Shown here: one piece after another, positions 42,725 through 56,201 of the stretch | Numbering within the stretch: position 1 is the first letter of the stretch | Layout: every line of letters begins with the position of its first letter | Assembly: GCA_951406725.2 (NCBI GenBank) | Contig: OX597842.1 | Location: 29,450,001 to 29,514,000, forward strand | Reading direction: 5' to 3' | Length of the DNA: 64,000 nt | Source: Octopus vulgaris | Taxonomy: Eukaryota | Notes under the pieces: model-generated | Database searches by the model: none | What the model was told of the DNA's origin: nothing | The model's input: the letters and a program-made list of their open reading frames with translations, nothing else | Translations under genes and position numbers: made by a program

Positions 42725-45580
42725 GCTTATAAATTCCAAAACATTTCCAGGCGAGGAATGTACCCCACAACATAGACTGGTAGTTAGTGACTTTAGGATC
42801 AGGACTAAGAGGACGACCAGAAGACGACCAACATGGAGAAGAAGGATCTGGAAGCTTAAAGATCCTGCAAATGGACAGAGATTTAGGGACATATTACTTG
42901 ACGCCTTTGACGAAATAGAAGGGGATATGGCATCACATAATGTGGAAACCAACTGGAGGTTTCTACGGGACAATCTGCTGAGTGCCACTGACCAGATCTG
43001 TGGATGGAGTAAAGTCCCATCTCGTCCCAGGGTAACATGGTGGTGGAACAATGTTGTAGACAGGGCTATTAGAGACAAGAGACAGGCTTTGAAGGACTGG
43101 AGGAATGGCGGTAGTAGGGAATTGTATCAGACTGCGAAAAGAGAAGCTAGGAGACAGGTATATTTAGCCAGAGGGGAAGCAGATAAGAAAAACTTTGCCA
43201 ATGTTCTGCGCCGTGAGGACCAAAGATTTGAGGTGTTTCGTGTTGCAAGACATTTTGTGAGAGAGAATCGTGATGTGGTAGGAGAGAAATGTGTTCGCAT
43301 GGATGAAGGTTCACTTGCGCTAAATGAGGATGCAAAGAGAGAGGTTTGGAGATGCCACTATGAGAGGTTGCTCAACAAAGAGAATCAATGGGATAAAGAT
43401 AGTCTGCCGAATGTCGACCCAATAGAGGGACCAGCTCTCCGATTTGACAGTTCCATGGTAGTTTAGGCAATTAGAAGCATGAAGACAGAGAAAGCCCCAG
43501 GCCCATCAGGAATTACTGCAGAGATGCTCAAAATATCTGGCAGTGTCGGCTATAGCCTAGTCACCCGTATAGTTAACCAGGTGATACACGAAGGAGTCAT
43601 ACCCAATGACTGGTGTAGCAGCATAATAGTCAACTACAAAGGTAAAGGTGACGACCTAGATACAAATAATTACAGAGGTATCAAGCTGTTGGATCAGGTA
43701 ATGAAGGTTACAGAGAGGGTCATAGCCCAACTAATTAGAGAGAGAGTTAGTTTAGATGAGATACAGTTTGGATTTGTGCCAGGGAAAAGCACCACTGATG
43801 CCATATTTCTGGTAAGGCAGCTGCAGGAGAAATATATAGCCAAAGATAAGCCCCTGTACCTGGCTTTCGTTGACATGGAGAAAGCTTTCGACAGGGTCCC
43901 CCGATCCCTTATCTGGTGGTCAATGAGGAAACTAGGGATAGATGAATAGTTAGTGAGAGCTGTGCAAGCCATGTACAGGGACGCTGCTAGTAAGGTGAGG
44001 GTTGGCTACGAGTACAGTGAAGAATTCCGGGTAGAGGTAGGGGTCCACCAAGGTTCAGCCCTCAGCCCCCTCCTATTTATCGTTGTCCTCCAGGCAATAA
44101 CGGAAGAATTCAAGACAGGATGCTCCTGGGAGCTCCTCTATGCTAATGACCTTGCTCTAATTGCTGAGTCACTATCAGAACTGGAGGAGAAGTTTCAGGT
44201 GTGGAAGCAAGGATTAGAATCGAAGGGCCTTAGAGTCAACCTAGCTAAAACCAAAGTCGTAATAAGTAGGAAGGTAGACAAGTCACAAACGCCTTCAGGT
44301 AAATGGCCTTGCTCGATCTGTAGAAAAGGTGTAGGTAGAAACTCTATAAGATGCACCACGTGTAAGCTATGGACACACAAGAGGTGCAGCAACGTCAAGG
44401 GAAGGCTAACTAGGAAGATGGTTTTTGTATGTGGCAGATGCTCAGGAGCAATAAACACTGAAAATGCTCTGAGACCAACTTCCGTTACTTTCGAGGGAGA
44501 AAAACTAGAAATAGTTGATAGCTTCCGTTACCTAGGTGATCAAGTCAGTAGTGGGGGTGGGTGTGCTGAAAGTGTAGCTGCTAGAGTAAGAATAGCCTGG
44601 GCAAAGTTCAGAGAGCTCCTACCTCTGCTGGCGACCAAAGGCCTCTCGCTCAGAGTAAAAGGCAGACTGTATGATGCTTTTGTACGAACAGCCATGCTAC
44701 ATGGCAGTGAAACATGGGCTGTAACTGCTGAGGATATGCGTAAGCTCGCAAGAAATGAAGCCAGTATGCTCCGATGGATGTGTAATGTCAGTGTTCATAC
44801 CCGACAGAGTGTAAGTATCTTGAGAAAAAAGTTGGACCTAAGAAACATCAGTTGTGGTGTGCAAGAGAGACGTTTGCGCTGGTATGGCCATGTGGCGAGA
44901 ATGTATGAAGATAGTTGTGTGAAAAAGTGCCACACCCTAGCTGTTGAGGGAATCTGTGGAAGAGGTAGACCCAGGAAAACCTGGGACGAGGTGGTGAAGC
45001 ACGACCTTCGAACTTAAGGTCTCACCGAGGAAATGACTAGAGACCGAGACCTTTGGAAATATGCTGTGCATGAGAAGACCCGGCAGGGCAAGTGAGACCA
45101 TCACCCATGGCCTCAGTCCACTTATGCATATCTTTCCTTCTTGGGATACAAAACCCTACTTGTGAAGACCTGTTGAGGCAAGTGAAAATCAAAAAATCGA
45201 AAAATGACAAAATCAAAAATCAAAATCGATCAACATGAATGGAAATTGTCACTGTGATTCAGTGCTGGTGGTACATAAGAGAACCATCCGAACGTGGCCG
45301 TTGCCATGTAAAAGCACCATCCGAGTGGCCATTAGCCTCGCCTGGCACGTAAAAAGCACCATCCGACCGTGGCCGTTTACCAGACTTGTATGGCACCTGT
45401 GCAGGTGGCACGTAAAAAGCACCCACTACACTCACGGAGTGGTTGGCGTTAGGAAGGGCATCCAGCCGTAGAAACATTGCCAGATCAGACTGGGCCTGGT
45501 GCAGCCTTCTGGCTTCTCAGACCCCAGTTGCAAAGTCCAACCCATGCTAGCATGGAAAGCGGATGCTAAACGATGATGAT
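42723..45580 (+). mobile_element. RTE-clade LINE, 5'-truncated, two in-frame stops
   Basis: Same-frame ORFs 42723..43466, 43479..43949 and 43953..45017 with RT motifs YRGIKLL, QFGFVPGKSTTDAIF, AFVDMEKAFDRVP, GVHQGSALSPLLF, LLYANDL; 3' tail TAAACGATGATGAT; (TA)n on both sides. Confidence 0.95.
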
Positions 45581-45627
45581 GTATATATATATTTATATAT
45601 ATATGTATATATATGTGTGTATATATG

Positions 45628-45682
<55 letters not shown>

Positions 45683-45708
45683 ATAATATGTATGTATGTG
45701 TATATATG

Positions 45709-45929
<221 letters not shown>

Positions 45930-46079
45930 GATATATTTATGTATATATGTGTATATATATATATGAGGTAGAAAATATTTCAGTGGAGAAACACATGGTG
46001 GATATATATAAAATGAGAAAAGATGAAAAAATCAGAAGATTTGTTTCACAGAATTTAGGGGTATATTAGAGCCATGGAA

Positions 46080-46420
46080 AAAAAGATATCTAATTTTGTA
46101 AAAAATAAGGTTTTGTCCTTTCAAAATAATTGAAGGACCGGTTTCGAGTTGCTTATCAAACTGAGAGTTGAAAAAAAATATATACGGCAAGTGGAGATAA
46201 TTGTTCATTCATATATTTTACAGTTGAGGGGAGGTAAATCTGTAAATTTTTATTTGTCCTCTCTATTTTTTATTCTGGCGTATGCCCTACATTAGATGGG
46301 GTAAGTCCTTTATTTTTAATATGGGTTCATATTTATTTATTTGGTCTGTATTTGGGGATAAATGAGTCTTCTTTATTCAGTCTTACTTGTTGAAGATTCT
46401 CACCAATGCCAAACTATTCC
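46080..46420 (-). mobile_element. Possible PLE 3' end relic
   Basis: Minus-strand ...RLNKEDSFIPKYRP (GIY-YIG C-terminal-like) followed by a half hammerhead GAAACCGGTC at ~46136-46145. Confidence 0.35.
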
Positions 46421-46759
46421 CTAGAACAACAGATGCAAGAGTTGTAAAGTGTGGTTCACCTATTTGCAGAAAATCTTTTAGAAGGATCGGAATTCCATTT
46501 CAGACAAGGGCAAATATTCAAAATCAAATCCAACGTCCGTTGCACACCCCAAAACCTCATTTACATAATCAGATGCTTGGGCTGCCTTCGAAACTAAATT
46601 GATTCGAGAGGAATTTTAATCCAAAAGAGCTGTATGGTCCACAAACAACAAATTTCCTCCCCACAATATCGCTGAGTATACCTCAGTTATCACACTGATA
46701 AATGTGCAGAACGATTAGAACCACAATTCGTTAGTTTCCCATTTCAGCAACTTGCTTTC

Positions 46760-47140
46760 TGGACCTCAACACAAGACTAAACTCCTCACAATAACTTTCT
46801 TCCATGTTACTTTCGATCTGTGCTCTGGTGGACACAAGCTTTATCACAAGCCAAACCAGAGAATGTCTTGCATTAGAACTGGCACCAGCCCTATATTTTT
46901 CAAGAACCTAGTGAGAGGTGTAAGCAAGAGGATCTCGAATCTGTCCTCGAACCAAGATATCTTTGACACTGCTGCCCCCTTCTACAACGAGGCACTGGCA
47001 TGGAGTGGATTTAAGGACTGCCTCTCCTACATGCCAAGCTCTGACACCAGGAAAGGAAGCGCCGCAGAAATGTCGTTTGGTTTGCTCCACCCTTCTCGCT
47101 TAACATCGAAACTTGTGTGGGAAAGATTTTCCTGAGGAAA
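46760..47140 (+). mobile_element. Penelope-like element RT thumb/linker relic (Naiad-like)
   Basis: FFHVTFDL...YHKPN...VSKRISNLSSNQDIFDTAAPFYNEALAWSGF, then frameshifted RRRNVVWFAPPFSLNIETCVGKIFL. Confidence 0.7.
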
Positions 47141-48647
47141 TATTTCAGGGTTATTTTTCTAATCATCATCATCGTTTTAACATCTCTTTTTCCATGCTTG
47201 CATGGGTCAGACAAAAGCACATTAGGAGCACTCGGCCGGTTATGACAACATTTGTTTCTTCTGATCTGATCAATGGAACAGCCTGCTCGTGAAATTAATG
47301 CACAAGTGGCTGAGTACTCCACAGACGCACATACCCTTAATGTAGTTCACAGGGAGATTCAGCATAACATACACAATATGACAGGGCTAGATGGGGATCT
47401 TTTCCGTTTGAACGGCAGTTTTTTAAAATAATTTCCACGTAACTAAACACTTTTAAACTTCATATACTGGTAGAATGTGTTTATAAAACATATTTTTCTT
47501 TTGGCTTTCTTGAGAAAATTCTATGGTTTGTAAGATATTTGTTATTTTTTTCTTTCAATTTCTGCAATTTCAACCAATCAATGAAGTCTATAAATAAAAT
47601 GAACCCTTTATTTTCCTTTTTTGCCACACAGTATATATAATACCTGTTTTTTGGGGAGTTTTTTACCGCGGGAAATTTCTCTGAAATTTTATCGCCAAGA
47701 AACAAATCCGACCAGTTTGGGATTTTTGTGGAAACTCATCCCAACCCCTACGAATAGCTTTTTCCAAAAATAGAAATAATAATGCGATATAATCGGATTT
47801 TATGAATCGATTATGAAAAAAATAAAAATTTACAAATAGAAAAAAATGTGCGAAAAAGAGTTTGTGTGAGATTTGGCTGCTATTTCTAGCACGTGAATAG
47901 ACTGCTTATTTAAGGTACGGCTGCGCCCAGTTTTGATTTCGAAGTATTTAAAAAAGCTTATTTGGAAATCAAAGAGAAAGGAAGGACGCATTTTAAAAGC
48001 GAAAATTAAAAAGACAAAATTTCCAAAAACCTCCGTTCCACCCGTGTCGCCCACCCATCAACAAATACTCCCAAACTTTCACGTTTAGCGTCGCAGTCAA
48101 CGCATGCGCAATGGCGAAAAGGGTTTCAAAATTTCCTTTTTATGCCGTAGGCTGGAAAGGGGTCTTTTTTTTTATCTTCTAGTTTAACTAAACTCCTTTA
48201 AATTTCGTATACTGGTAGAATGTGTCGAAATAAAACATTTTTGGGATCTTTTTCCTTTTGAACGGCAGTTTGTAGCATAATTTCTAGGTAACTAAAAAGT
48301 TTTAATCTAGTTGTTGACTGCCTTCACACTGCACCCTTTAGGGCCCTCATGCTTTCCGACCTGATTGTCCCCTTTCCATACTCGTACACATATGTGTATG
48401 TCATGACCCATGCACTGTTCTTTTCCTGACGCTTGTACATTACCCTATGTACTATACACACACTTTAGATGAGTTGTAGTGCACCTGAGCACCGTACACA
48501 ATGTTTTATTATTATTATTATTATTCATTATTATTATTACATTATTATCACAAATGATCCATACACGCCTGTTTTCCTATATTTTTTTAATTAAACACCA
48601 CACAGACACCATGCTAGCAATATACACACACATAAACGCATATATAG

Positions 48648-49342
48648 ACCAAACAAGGTCAAACCCCCTTTACATATTGCCTCTGCTCATGGACGCAAGG
48701 ACGTTGTTGATTTTCTCCTGCAACAGGAATGACAAACAATCTTGCCTGTGAAAACAAATAAACATTGTTGAACTTCTGCAACGAAATGGCTCTGACATCT
48801 GTGCCGTGACCAAGCAAGGTCGAACCCCTTTACATATTGCCTCTGCTCATGGACGCACGGAAGTTATTGATTTTCTCCTGAAACAGAATGGCACGGATGT
48901 TAAAGCTGTGACGGAAGATGGTTGGACAGCTCTCCATCTTGCCTGTGAGTATGGACAAATAAACATTGTTGAACTTCTGCAACGAAATGGCTCTGACATC
49001 TGTGCCGTGACCAAGCAAGGTCGAACCCCTTTACATATTGCCTCTGCTCATGGACGCATGGAAGTTATTGATTTTCTCCTGAAACAGAATGGCACGGATG
49101 TTAAAGCTGTGACGGAAGATGGTTGGACAGCTCTCCATCTTGCCTGTGAATATGGACAAATAAACATTGTTGAACTTCTCCTTCAACAGAAATGGCTCTG
49201 ACATCTGTGCTGTGACCAAACAAGGTCGAAACCCTTTACATATTGCCTCTGCTCATGGACGCAAGGACGTTGTTGATTTTCTCCTGCAACAGAATGACAC
49301 GGATGTTAAAGCTGTGACGGAAGATGGTTGGACAGCTCTCCA
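48648..49342 (+). pseudogene. Ankyrin tandem array (alternating two-repeat 201-bp unit), disrupted and truncated by the assembly gap
   Basis: GRTPLHIASAHGR.EVIDFLLKQNGTDV / EDGWTALHLACEYGQINIVELL units; period 201 bp (48806 to 49007); deletion in the first unit; frameshift at ~49190. Confidence 0.7.
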
Positions 49343-49442
49343 NNNNNNNNNNNNNNNNNNNNNNNNNNNNNNNNNNNNNNNNNNNNNNNNNNNNNNNNNN
49401 NNNNNNNNNNNNNNNNNNNNNNNNNNNNNNNNNNNNNNNNNN
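49343..49442. other. Assembly gap (100 N)
   Basis: Direct read. Confidence 1.
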
Positions 49443-49769
49443 CCCAGCCACACATGCACAGAGAGTTGGTGGGTTGGTGAGGACGGGGACTGAGTAGGAG
49501 GATTCCTTGAGCAAGAACCTTTATTTCACGTTGGTCCAGTCTACTCAGCGAAAATGAGTTGTGCCTGTATTTCAAAGGGTCAGCCTTGTCACACTCTGTG
49601 TCATGCTGAATCTCCCTCAGAACTACATTAGGGGTACACGCGTCTGTGGTGTACTCAGCCATTTGCATGTTAATTTCACAAATGAGCTGTTCCGTCTTCT
49701 TTAAATTGCTCTTTACTTCATTTTATAAGTTTTTAAAAACCATCTTACTTTCCTTTTTATTCAAAAGAC

Positions 49770-49853
49770 ATGGATGTAAATAAGATTATAAGCAACATTG
49801 TGGATAGGGACTTTAAAGATGTCGAACAACTTATCAAAGAAAATCCTGAAACT
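49770..49853 (+). CDS. Ankyrin-repeat gene, first coding exon (MDVNKIISNIVDRDFKDVEQLIKENPET)
   Basis: Acceptor TTCAAAAG ends at 49767, ATG at 49770, donor GTAAGT at 49854; phase 0. Confidence 0.65.
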
Positions 49854-50005
49854 GTAAGTTTACTTTATATTGCTTCTTCAATGTTAAATGTTTGTTTATT
49901 ATTTTATACACAATATTAAATGTTCCTAAATAACCAGATATATTTGTCCATAATATTTCATTTCTTTCTTTACCTCTTTCCTCTAATCCTCATCATTGTC
50001 ACTTT

Positions 50006-50260
50006 TTATAAATATTCAACCAGACAATGAGGTATGCCAGAATTGATGGAATGTGAGTGAGAGAGAAACCCATCCTCACACACTGCAATGGAGTATTCTG
50101 GCAGGAAATATTCAGTCCAAGAGATGGGGGACAGATGGATCCTATAGATAAATGGTGACTTTGTCAAGAAATTCTCTTGCCATACACAGTTGAAGGTTTT
50201 ACCGATGTCAAGGGCTACACTATTTCTTTTGCAGAAGTTGTCAAACATAACCAAAACATA
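50006..50260 (-). mobile_element. Jockey/I-like LINE RT relic in intron
   Basis: VALDIGKTFNCVWQENFLTK...ISWTEYFL...INSGIPH, a degenerate LDIxKAFDxVW and GVPQ pattern. Confidence 0.65.
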
Positions 50261-51453
50261 GGAATCAGACCCCTGCTTGAAACGGCTTTATGGAACTGTT
50301 CTGGGGCTCATTGAATAGAGAAAGATACCCAAAGGGACAAAGATGATGGTTGTTTATGACTTTTTACTTCATAATTGAAATATTGGAAGTTAGAATGACT
50401 GGCTGGTAGTCAGCAGATAGGACACTATCAGCAAGAATTATAAAACAGGGCTTCTCTAAGAGAGTAATGCTACCCTTGGGTAGGGATTGCGAAGAATTTT
50501 ATAAGGACCAGAGAGCCAAGGTGGTACAAATATATGAAACTCAATGTGTAGTTGAGTTTGGATCAGAGAACCATCATGGTTAGGGAGTGGTGGGTGGAAT
50601 GATTCTGTAAAATCTATAGAGATACTCTTGGTAAGAGACCAGAAAATGAGGCTTTGATTTGGAAGGGAAGACAGCTGACAAATGGTGAAATGCAGAAAAA
50701 ACATCCTTTATTTTCTTGATGACCATCATACATGTATTTCAATGGTGGGTGAATGTCTGCCAGTTAGTGAGGGTAGGTGTTTTCCTCAAGGAGAAGTCGA
50801 TAGTGTTGTTTGTACAGCTGTAATACAGTTGTGTATGAACCACTCACACCTTCTTACATATTGTATGGCTACAAACTAATGTAAGCCCTGATACTGCTGC
50901 CACATTTAGGCTCAAAATTCTGATCACTACTTTCATAATATTTCTTATTTTCTCCATTGTTTCTTTTCATTTGTGTCTACTTTTCCATAGCTGCTCATAT
51001 TTAGTTGTGATTGGTGTCGTTCCAAAGATGTCACAGATGTCTAATTACAAGTAATTACTTTGTAATAGATTCAGTGACTAACATAAATAGATTTTCAATC
51101 TTTTCCTTGAGCTTATGCATGAACTAAACAGTCTTTCTAAGCCTTTTCCACCTTGATTTACCTGTGCTCTACACCTTTCTTGTAGATTTGCTTTCATTCT
51201 TTTCCAAGTAGATCCCACATTGCTGTTTCACCAGGCATATGACATCTGAAGATCCATGCTTCATTTCAAACATCCTGTTCTTCTCTCACCATTTCTTAAA
51301 TCTCCTTCATCATTATAGCATTAAATAAAAGTGCTACTATGCCAGACATCAGTGATAACACAGTGTAGAATTTCATGAGCTTTACCAGGGAATACTAAAC
51401 TAAAATCTCTCTCCTTTGATATATTTTATATATCTTCTCTTTCTTCTCTTCAG

Positions 51454-51605
51454 GTCAACCAAATAGATTCTGACAGGAAAACTTTCTTAATGGCAGCTTG
51501 TGAACAGGGCAGCACAAGTCTAATAGCCTTCTTGATAGAATCTGGAGCCAATATGGACATGAGTGACAAGGAAGGTCTGACCGCATTACATTATGCTGTG
51601 ATTAG
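51454..51605 (+). CDS. Ankyrin-repeat gene exon (VNQIDSDRKTFLMAACEQGSTSLIAFLIESGANMDMSDKEGLTALHYAVI)
   Basis: Polypyrimidine-CAG acceptor, GTAAGG donor, ankyrin consensus; ends in phase 2. Confidence 0.85.
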
Positions 51606-52624
51606 GTAAGGCTTGAATTAACTAAAATCTTCAGATCTGCTTTTGTTTTGAAATATTTTGCAATTCCAGACTATTTGAATATCCAAAGATACCATAATAG
51701 TGGCAGTGTGACACGATAACAGCATGATAGTAGTAACCAAATAACATCTTTTACTCATTTTCTCCATGAATCCTCTTCATTGAATCACCAAAATCTTTTT
51801 CGTTATTTGTTGTCAAAACAGATTATTTTTGTTTTCGAGATATTCTTTGAGATCCAACAGTTCTTAAGATTGACCCAATGTGATTCAGTGTCTTCTCTTC
51901 ATATTGATTATGGAGAGATCGATCAATTTTTCTCCAAAGAAAATGTTATTTGAGATCTAAAGCAACAAGAAAGATTCTCAAGCTTGTTTTTGCAGTAAAT
52001 AATCTGTAAATTTCTTACAGAAATTATTTCTCACCTCCATCAGCAACTCAACACATTTTGAGATCTATTATATTTTGAATTGTGCTTCATAAGGTCATCT
52101 CTGGACAATAAAACATGTTTTGAAGTTCTTGTTAGTTTCTATAGCTTCTGCAGTCACAAATTGTTTCAGAATTTTGCCCAAACACACAAACACACACACA
52201 CCATCATCGTCATCGAATGTTCCTTTTCCATGCTGGCATGGGTAGGAGGGTTTGATAGGAACAAACAAGTCAGAAGACCACACCAAACACTACTGTCTGC
52301 TTAGGTTTGGTTTCTATGGCTGGACGACCTTCCTAACACCAACCACTTTGCAGAGTGTACTGGATGCCTTTTACATGCCATCAGAACCAGTGAGGTCACC
52401 AATTAATTGCGAGACAAAGACCTCTCGACTGGTTGAGGTGGTGGGATGGGGGAGCTAATATTGCTGGAGAGAAAGGTGTCTTGCATTAGAAGAGGGACAT
52501 GGCTCCTTCAGATGGAGAAGACAGAGGAGGGAAACACTAGGTTAAAATCTTGTGTGTGGCCCAAGCAAAGAAAAAGGAAAAAATAGTGCAATAGGTGTGA
52601 AACAACATGTAGTAAACGAATATT

Positions 52625-53015
52625 CTTACTCTTTTACTTGTTTCAGTCATTTGCCTGCGGCCATGCTGGAGCACCGCCTTTAATCGAGCAACTCGACCCC
52701 GGGACTTATTCTTTGTAAGCCCAGTACTTATTCTATCAGTCTCTTTTGCTGAACCACTAAGTGACAGGGACATAAACACACCAGCATCGGTTGTCAAGCA
52801 ATGCTAGGGGGACACAGACACACAAACACACACGCACACATATATATATATACGACTAGCTTCTTTCAGTTTCCGTCTACCAAATCCACTCATAAGGCTT
52901 TGGTCGGCCTGAGGTTATAGTAGAAGACACTTGACCAAGGTGCCACGCAGTGGGACTGAACCTGGAACCATGTGGCTGGTAAGCAAGCTACTTATCAAAC
53001 AGCCACTCCTGCGCC
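52625..53015 (-). mobile_element. SINE family A
   Basis: Near-identical to 14203-14608. Confidence 0.85.
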
Positions 53016-53170
53016 TATGGAAAAAAAAATATGGCGAACGGGAGGTGGGGAGACGACTCGGAAATTCAAATCTCACCACTTCCCCATTCGTCGGCGATCC
53101 TATGACCGCGAGTCCACTGCCCTAACCACTGGGCCATTGCGCCTCCACTCTATATCTATATATATCTATA

Positions 53171-53242
<72 letters not shown>

Positions 53243-53346
53243 TATTTAAAATAATAATAATAATAATAATAAATATTAGGGAATAAATCCAAATTTACAG
53301 GGAAAAATCAGACTTAGGATTGAATCCAATTTTATAGTAAAATATT

Positions 53347-53574
53347 ATATTATATTAAATTAGAGACAAAACCACTATTAGGCAAATCAAACAAAGAAAG
53401 ACTTAAGCCAATACATAAAATAATTTATATAAATTAAAATTTAACAGTTATAATAATAATAATAATTATTATTATTATTATTATAATTGTTAAATTTTAA
53501 TTTATATAAATTATTTTATGTATTGGCTTAAGTCTTTGTTTGATTTGCATAATAGTGGATTTGTCTCTAATTTA

Positions 53575-53583
<9 letters not shown>
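53347..53583. repeat. Near-perfect spacerless palindrome, ~118-bp arms
   Basis: Centre at ~53466 (...AATAAT/ATTATT...). The right arm resembles 42451-42510. Confidence 0.85.
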
Positions 53584-53621
<38 letters not shown>

Positions 53622-54179
53622 CACACACACACACACACAAATATATGATAAATAAGGGTGTGTTTATATATTCATTTATGTGTGTTATATGACCGCCATA
53701 CTTCCTTGTTGGTCACTGTTTCTTTTGGCGGTAAAAATACGTCTCGTTGCCCTTAACAACAAACTTTCTCTTGCATAGTCTGTTGCTATGACAACATTAC
53801 ATTTGCAGACGTAGTTTTCCCGCCAATTACGACGTGCTGCTGTTGTTGTTGTTGTTTTTTAGATTGATGAGAAATCTGCTATCAATTAGTTTGTCTATAA
53901 TTTTCAGACATTCCATCTTTCGCAAAAGGATTACAATACATTTTTCAATGTATACCAAATATATAGATACTAACAACGGTACTTAATCCTTGTTTTGTAT
54001 TGTACACTCGCTGGGATAAAAATATTTATACTTTATACCCTCACCTATTAATATGTGTATACACACACACGTACACATTTGTTTACTGTGTATTAACGAT
54101 TATACGTATTTCAGTGGCTCATATTACTCTGTCTGTCTTTCTCTCTATATACATACATATATATATACATACACATACA

Positions 54180-54223
<44 letters not shown>

Positions 54224-54312
54224 CACATATACACCTATATAATATTATTGACTTTGACATTTCAACTAGCGAAATATACATACATATATGTATGAATGTG
54301 GGTGTATATGTA

Positions 54313-54348
<36 letters not shown>

Positions 54349-54352
<4 letters not shown>

Positions 54353-55024
54353 CATACTTACACAACTGGGACCCCCGACGAATTTGTTTTCCTTATTTCT
54401 ATGACAAAAATGCTTCAGATGATGAAGATTCCAATTATATTGGAATTTGTTTTGAAAACAAATTTTCAAACGTTGAGAAGTTGACTTAAATCCTTATAGA
54501 AACTTTCAGAAAAATGGATATTTTGTTTGTGTAAAAATTTCTACAAATCCCTTTCAAATGGATTAGATTAGGATTATATCGGAATTTAACATGAAAAAAC
54601 GTTAAATATTTGGTGGATACACACACATATATACTGACACACATCACGGTTATTTTTCCAAAGTTCATCTTTTCAGTTTCTGATGTGTGTCAGTGTATAT
54701 CTCTGCGAATCCACCAAGTTTTTAAATTTTTCTTCATATTAAATTCCGATATAAGTGGAATCTTCACCATCTGAAACGGTTTTATTGAAAATTTCATTAG
54801 AAAATATTTATTTTTTTGGAAAGAAAGCCGACTCGGGCGAACTTTCCCAAATTTCTCTCTGCACCCACTAAAAATTTTTTCTCACAATAAATTCCAATAT
54901 AATTGGAATCTTCGCCTTCTGAAGCATATTTTTGAAAGAAATTTCATTAAAAAATATCCATTTTTCTAGAAGTTACAGGGAAAGAAATTCGTCGGGGGAG
55001 CACACTTGTGTAGTTATGTCTATA
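54349..55024. mobile_element. Foldback/MITE-like element, imperfect palindrome over its whole length
   Basis: CCCCCGACGAATTT / AAATTCGTCGGGGG, GATTCCAATTATATTGGAATTT / AAATTCCAATATAATTGGAATC, CTGACACACATCA / TGATGTGTGTCAG; centre ~54665. Confidence 0.75.
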
Positions 55025-55183
55025 CAGGCATGCACGCACACAGACATATATATATATATATATACACACGCGGCTGTAATATATATATATAGGTTTTTAT
55101 GCATTTAATTGAACACGAGTGTATATTTAATGTAATTGTTAAGTGAATGTCTGTGATGTTTTATGTTTTTTTCTTCCTTTCAG

Positions 55184-55340
55184 CCGTAAAATTGATGCAG
55201 TGGCCTCCTTAGTTTCCAGGGGAGCAAATGTTAATAAGCAGGACTCAGACGGCGACACACCTCTACATCTGGCTGTGGGGAACAACTATGAAGATGTAGT
55301 CAAAGTCCTGTTAAGTAGCAAAGGAAATAACACTTTACAG
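55184..55340 (+). CDS. Ankyrin-repeat gene exon (RKIDAVASLVSRGANVNKQDSDGDTPLHLAVGNNYEDVVKVLLSSKGNNTLQ)
   Basis: TTTCAG acceptor, phase matches the previous exon, GTTAGC donor. Confidence 0.88.
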
Positions 55341-55948
55341 GTTAGCGAATACATTTATATTTGTGTATATAGATATGTATATATATGTATGTGTGTGTTA
55401 TATGTATATGATGTATACATACAGTTTAGTGCCCCAAATTTCGTTTCTTCATAACTGATGATCCATATTATTTTAAATAAAACTTGCTGCAAGACTTCCT
55501 TTTCTACCCCACAAAAAAACCACCCTTTCTTTAAATTTTTTTCCCCGACACAAATCCCGCTTTTCGGTTACGGGAAATACGAATCTGCAAAAAAATTGGC
55601 AAAAATCGGCATTTTTAAATTACCCCCACCCCCATTTCCTTCATTCTTTACTTTTTTCACAATTTTTTTTTTCAGAATTTGCGGAAAAATACGGAGATGA
55701 TGATTCGGACAAAAATTTCAAAACATTTCTGTAGTTGGGGTTAGTGTTGGGGAAAAAAAGTCAAAGTTGAAGAATTTTGGAGGGGGTGGAAATTCCACTG
55801 CCGATTTTTTGGCAATTTTCCGGAACCTCCGAGTCCGAAATCGGGGGGTTTTGGCAAAAAAATTCTTTGAATAAGCAAATTTAGGTGAAAATGGTGGTGG
55901 TGGTGGTGGGGGGACTCTTTTGAAAGTTGCTCATTTCCTTGTGTGAGA

Positions 55949-55991
<43 letters not shown>

Positions 55992-55997
55992 AGAGTG

Positions 55998-56030
<33 letters not shown>

Positions 56031-56201
56031 CTGTGGGTACAGGTATATGAACCTCATTTATTTACTCCTCTCCAAATTCATTCCACCTGTTTATTAATCT
56101 GATTCTTTCTCTTTTTTTGAAATTTTTCATTTTTGCGCTGCCCCCCCCCCCCCCATCCACTTGACGCCATCTTTAATGTCTTTATTGTTTATCTTTTTTA
56201 G

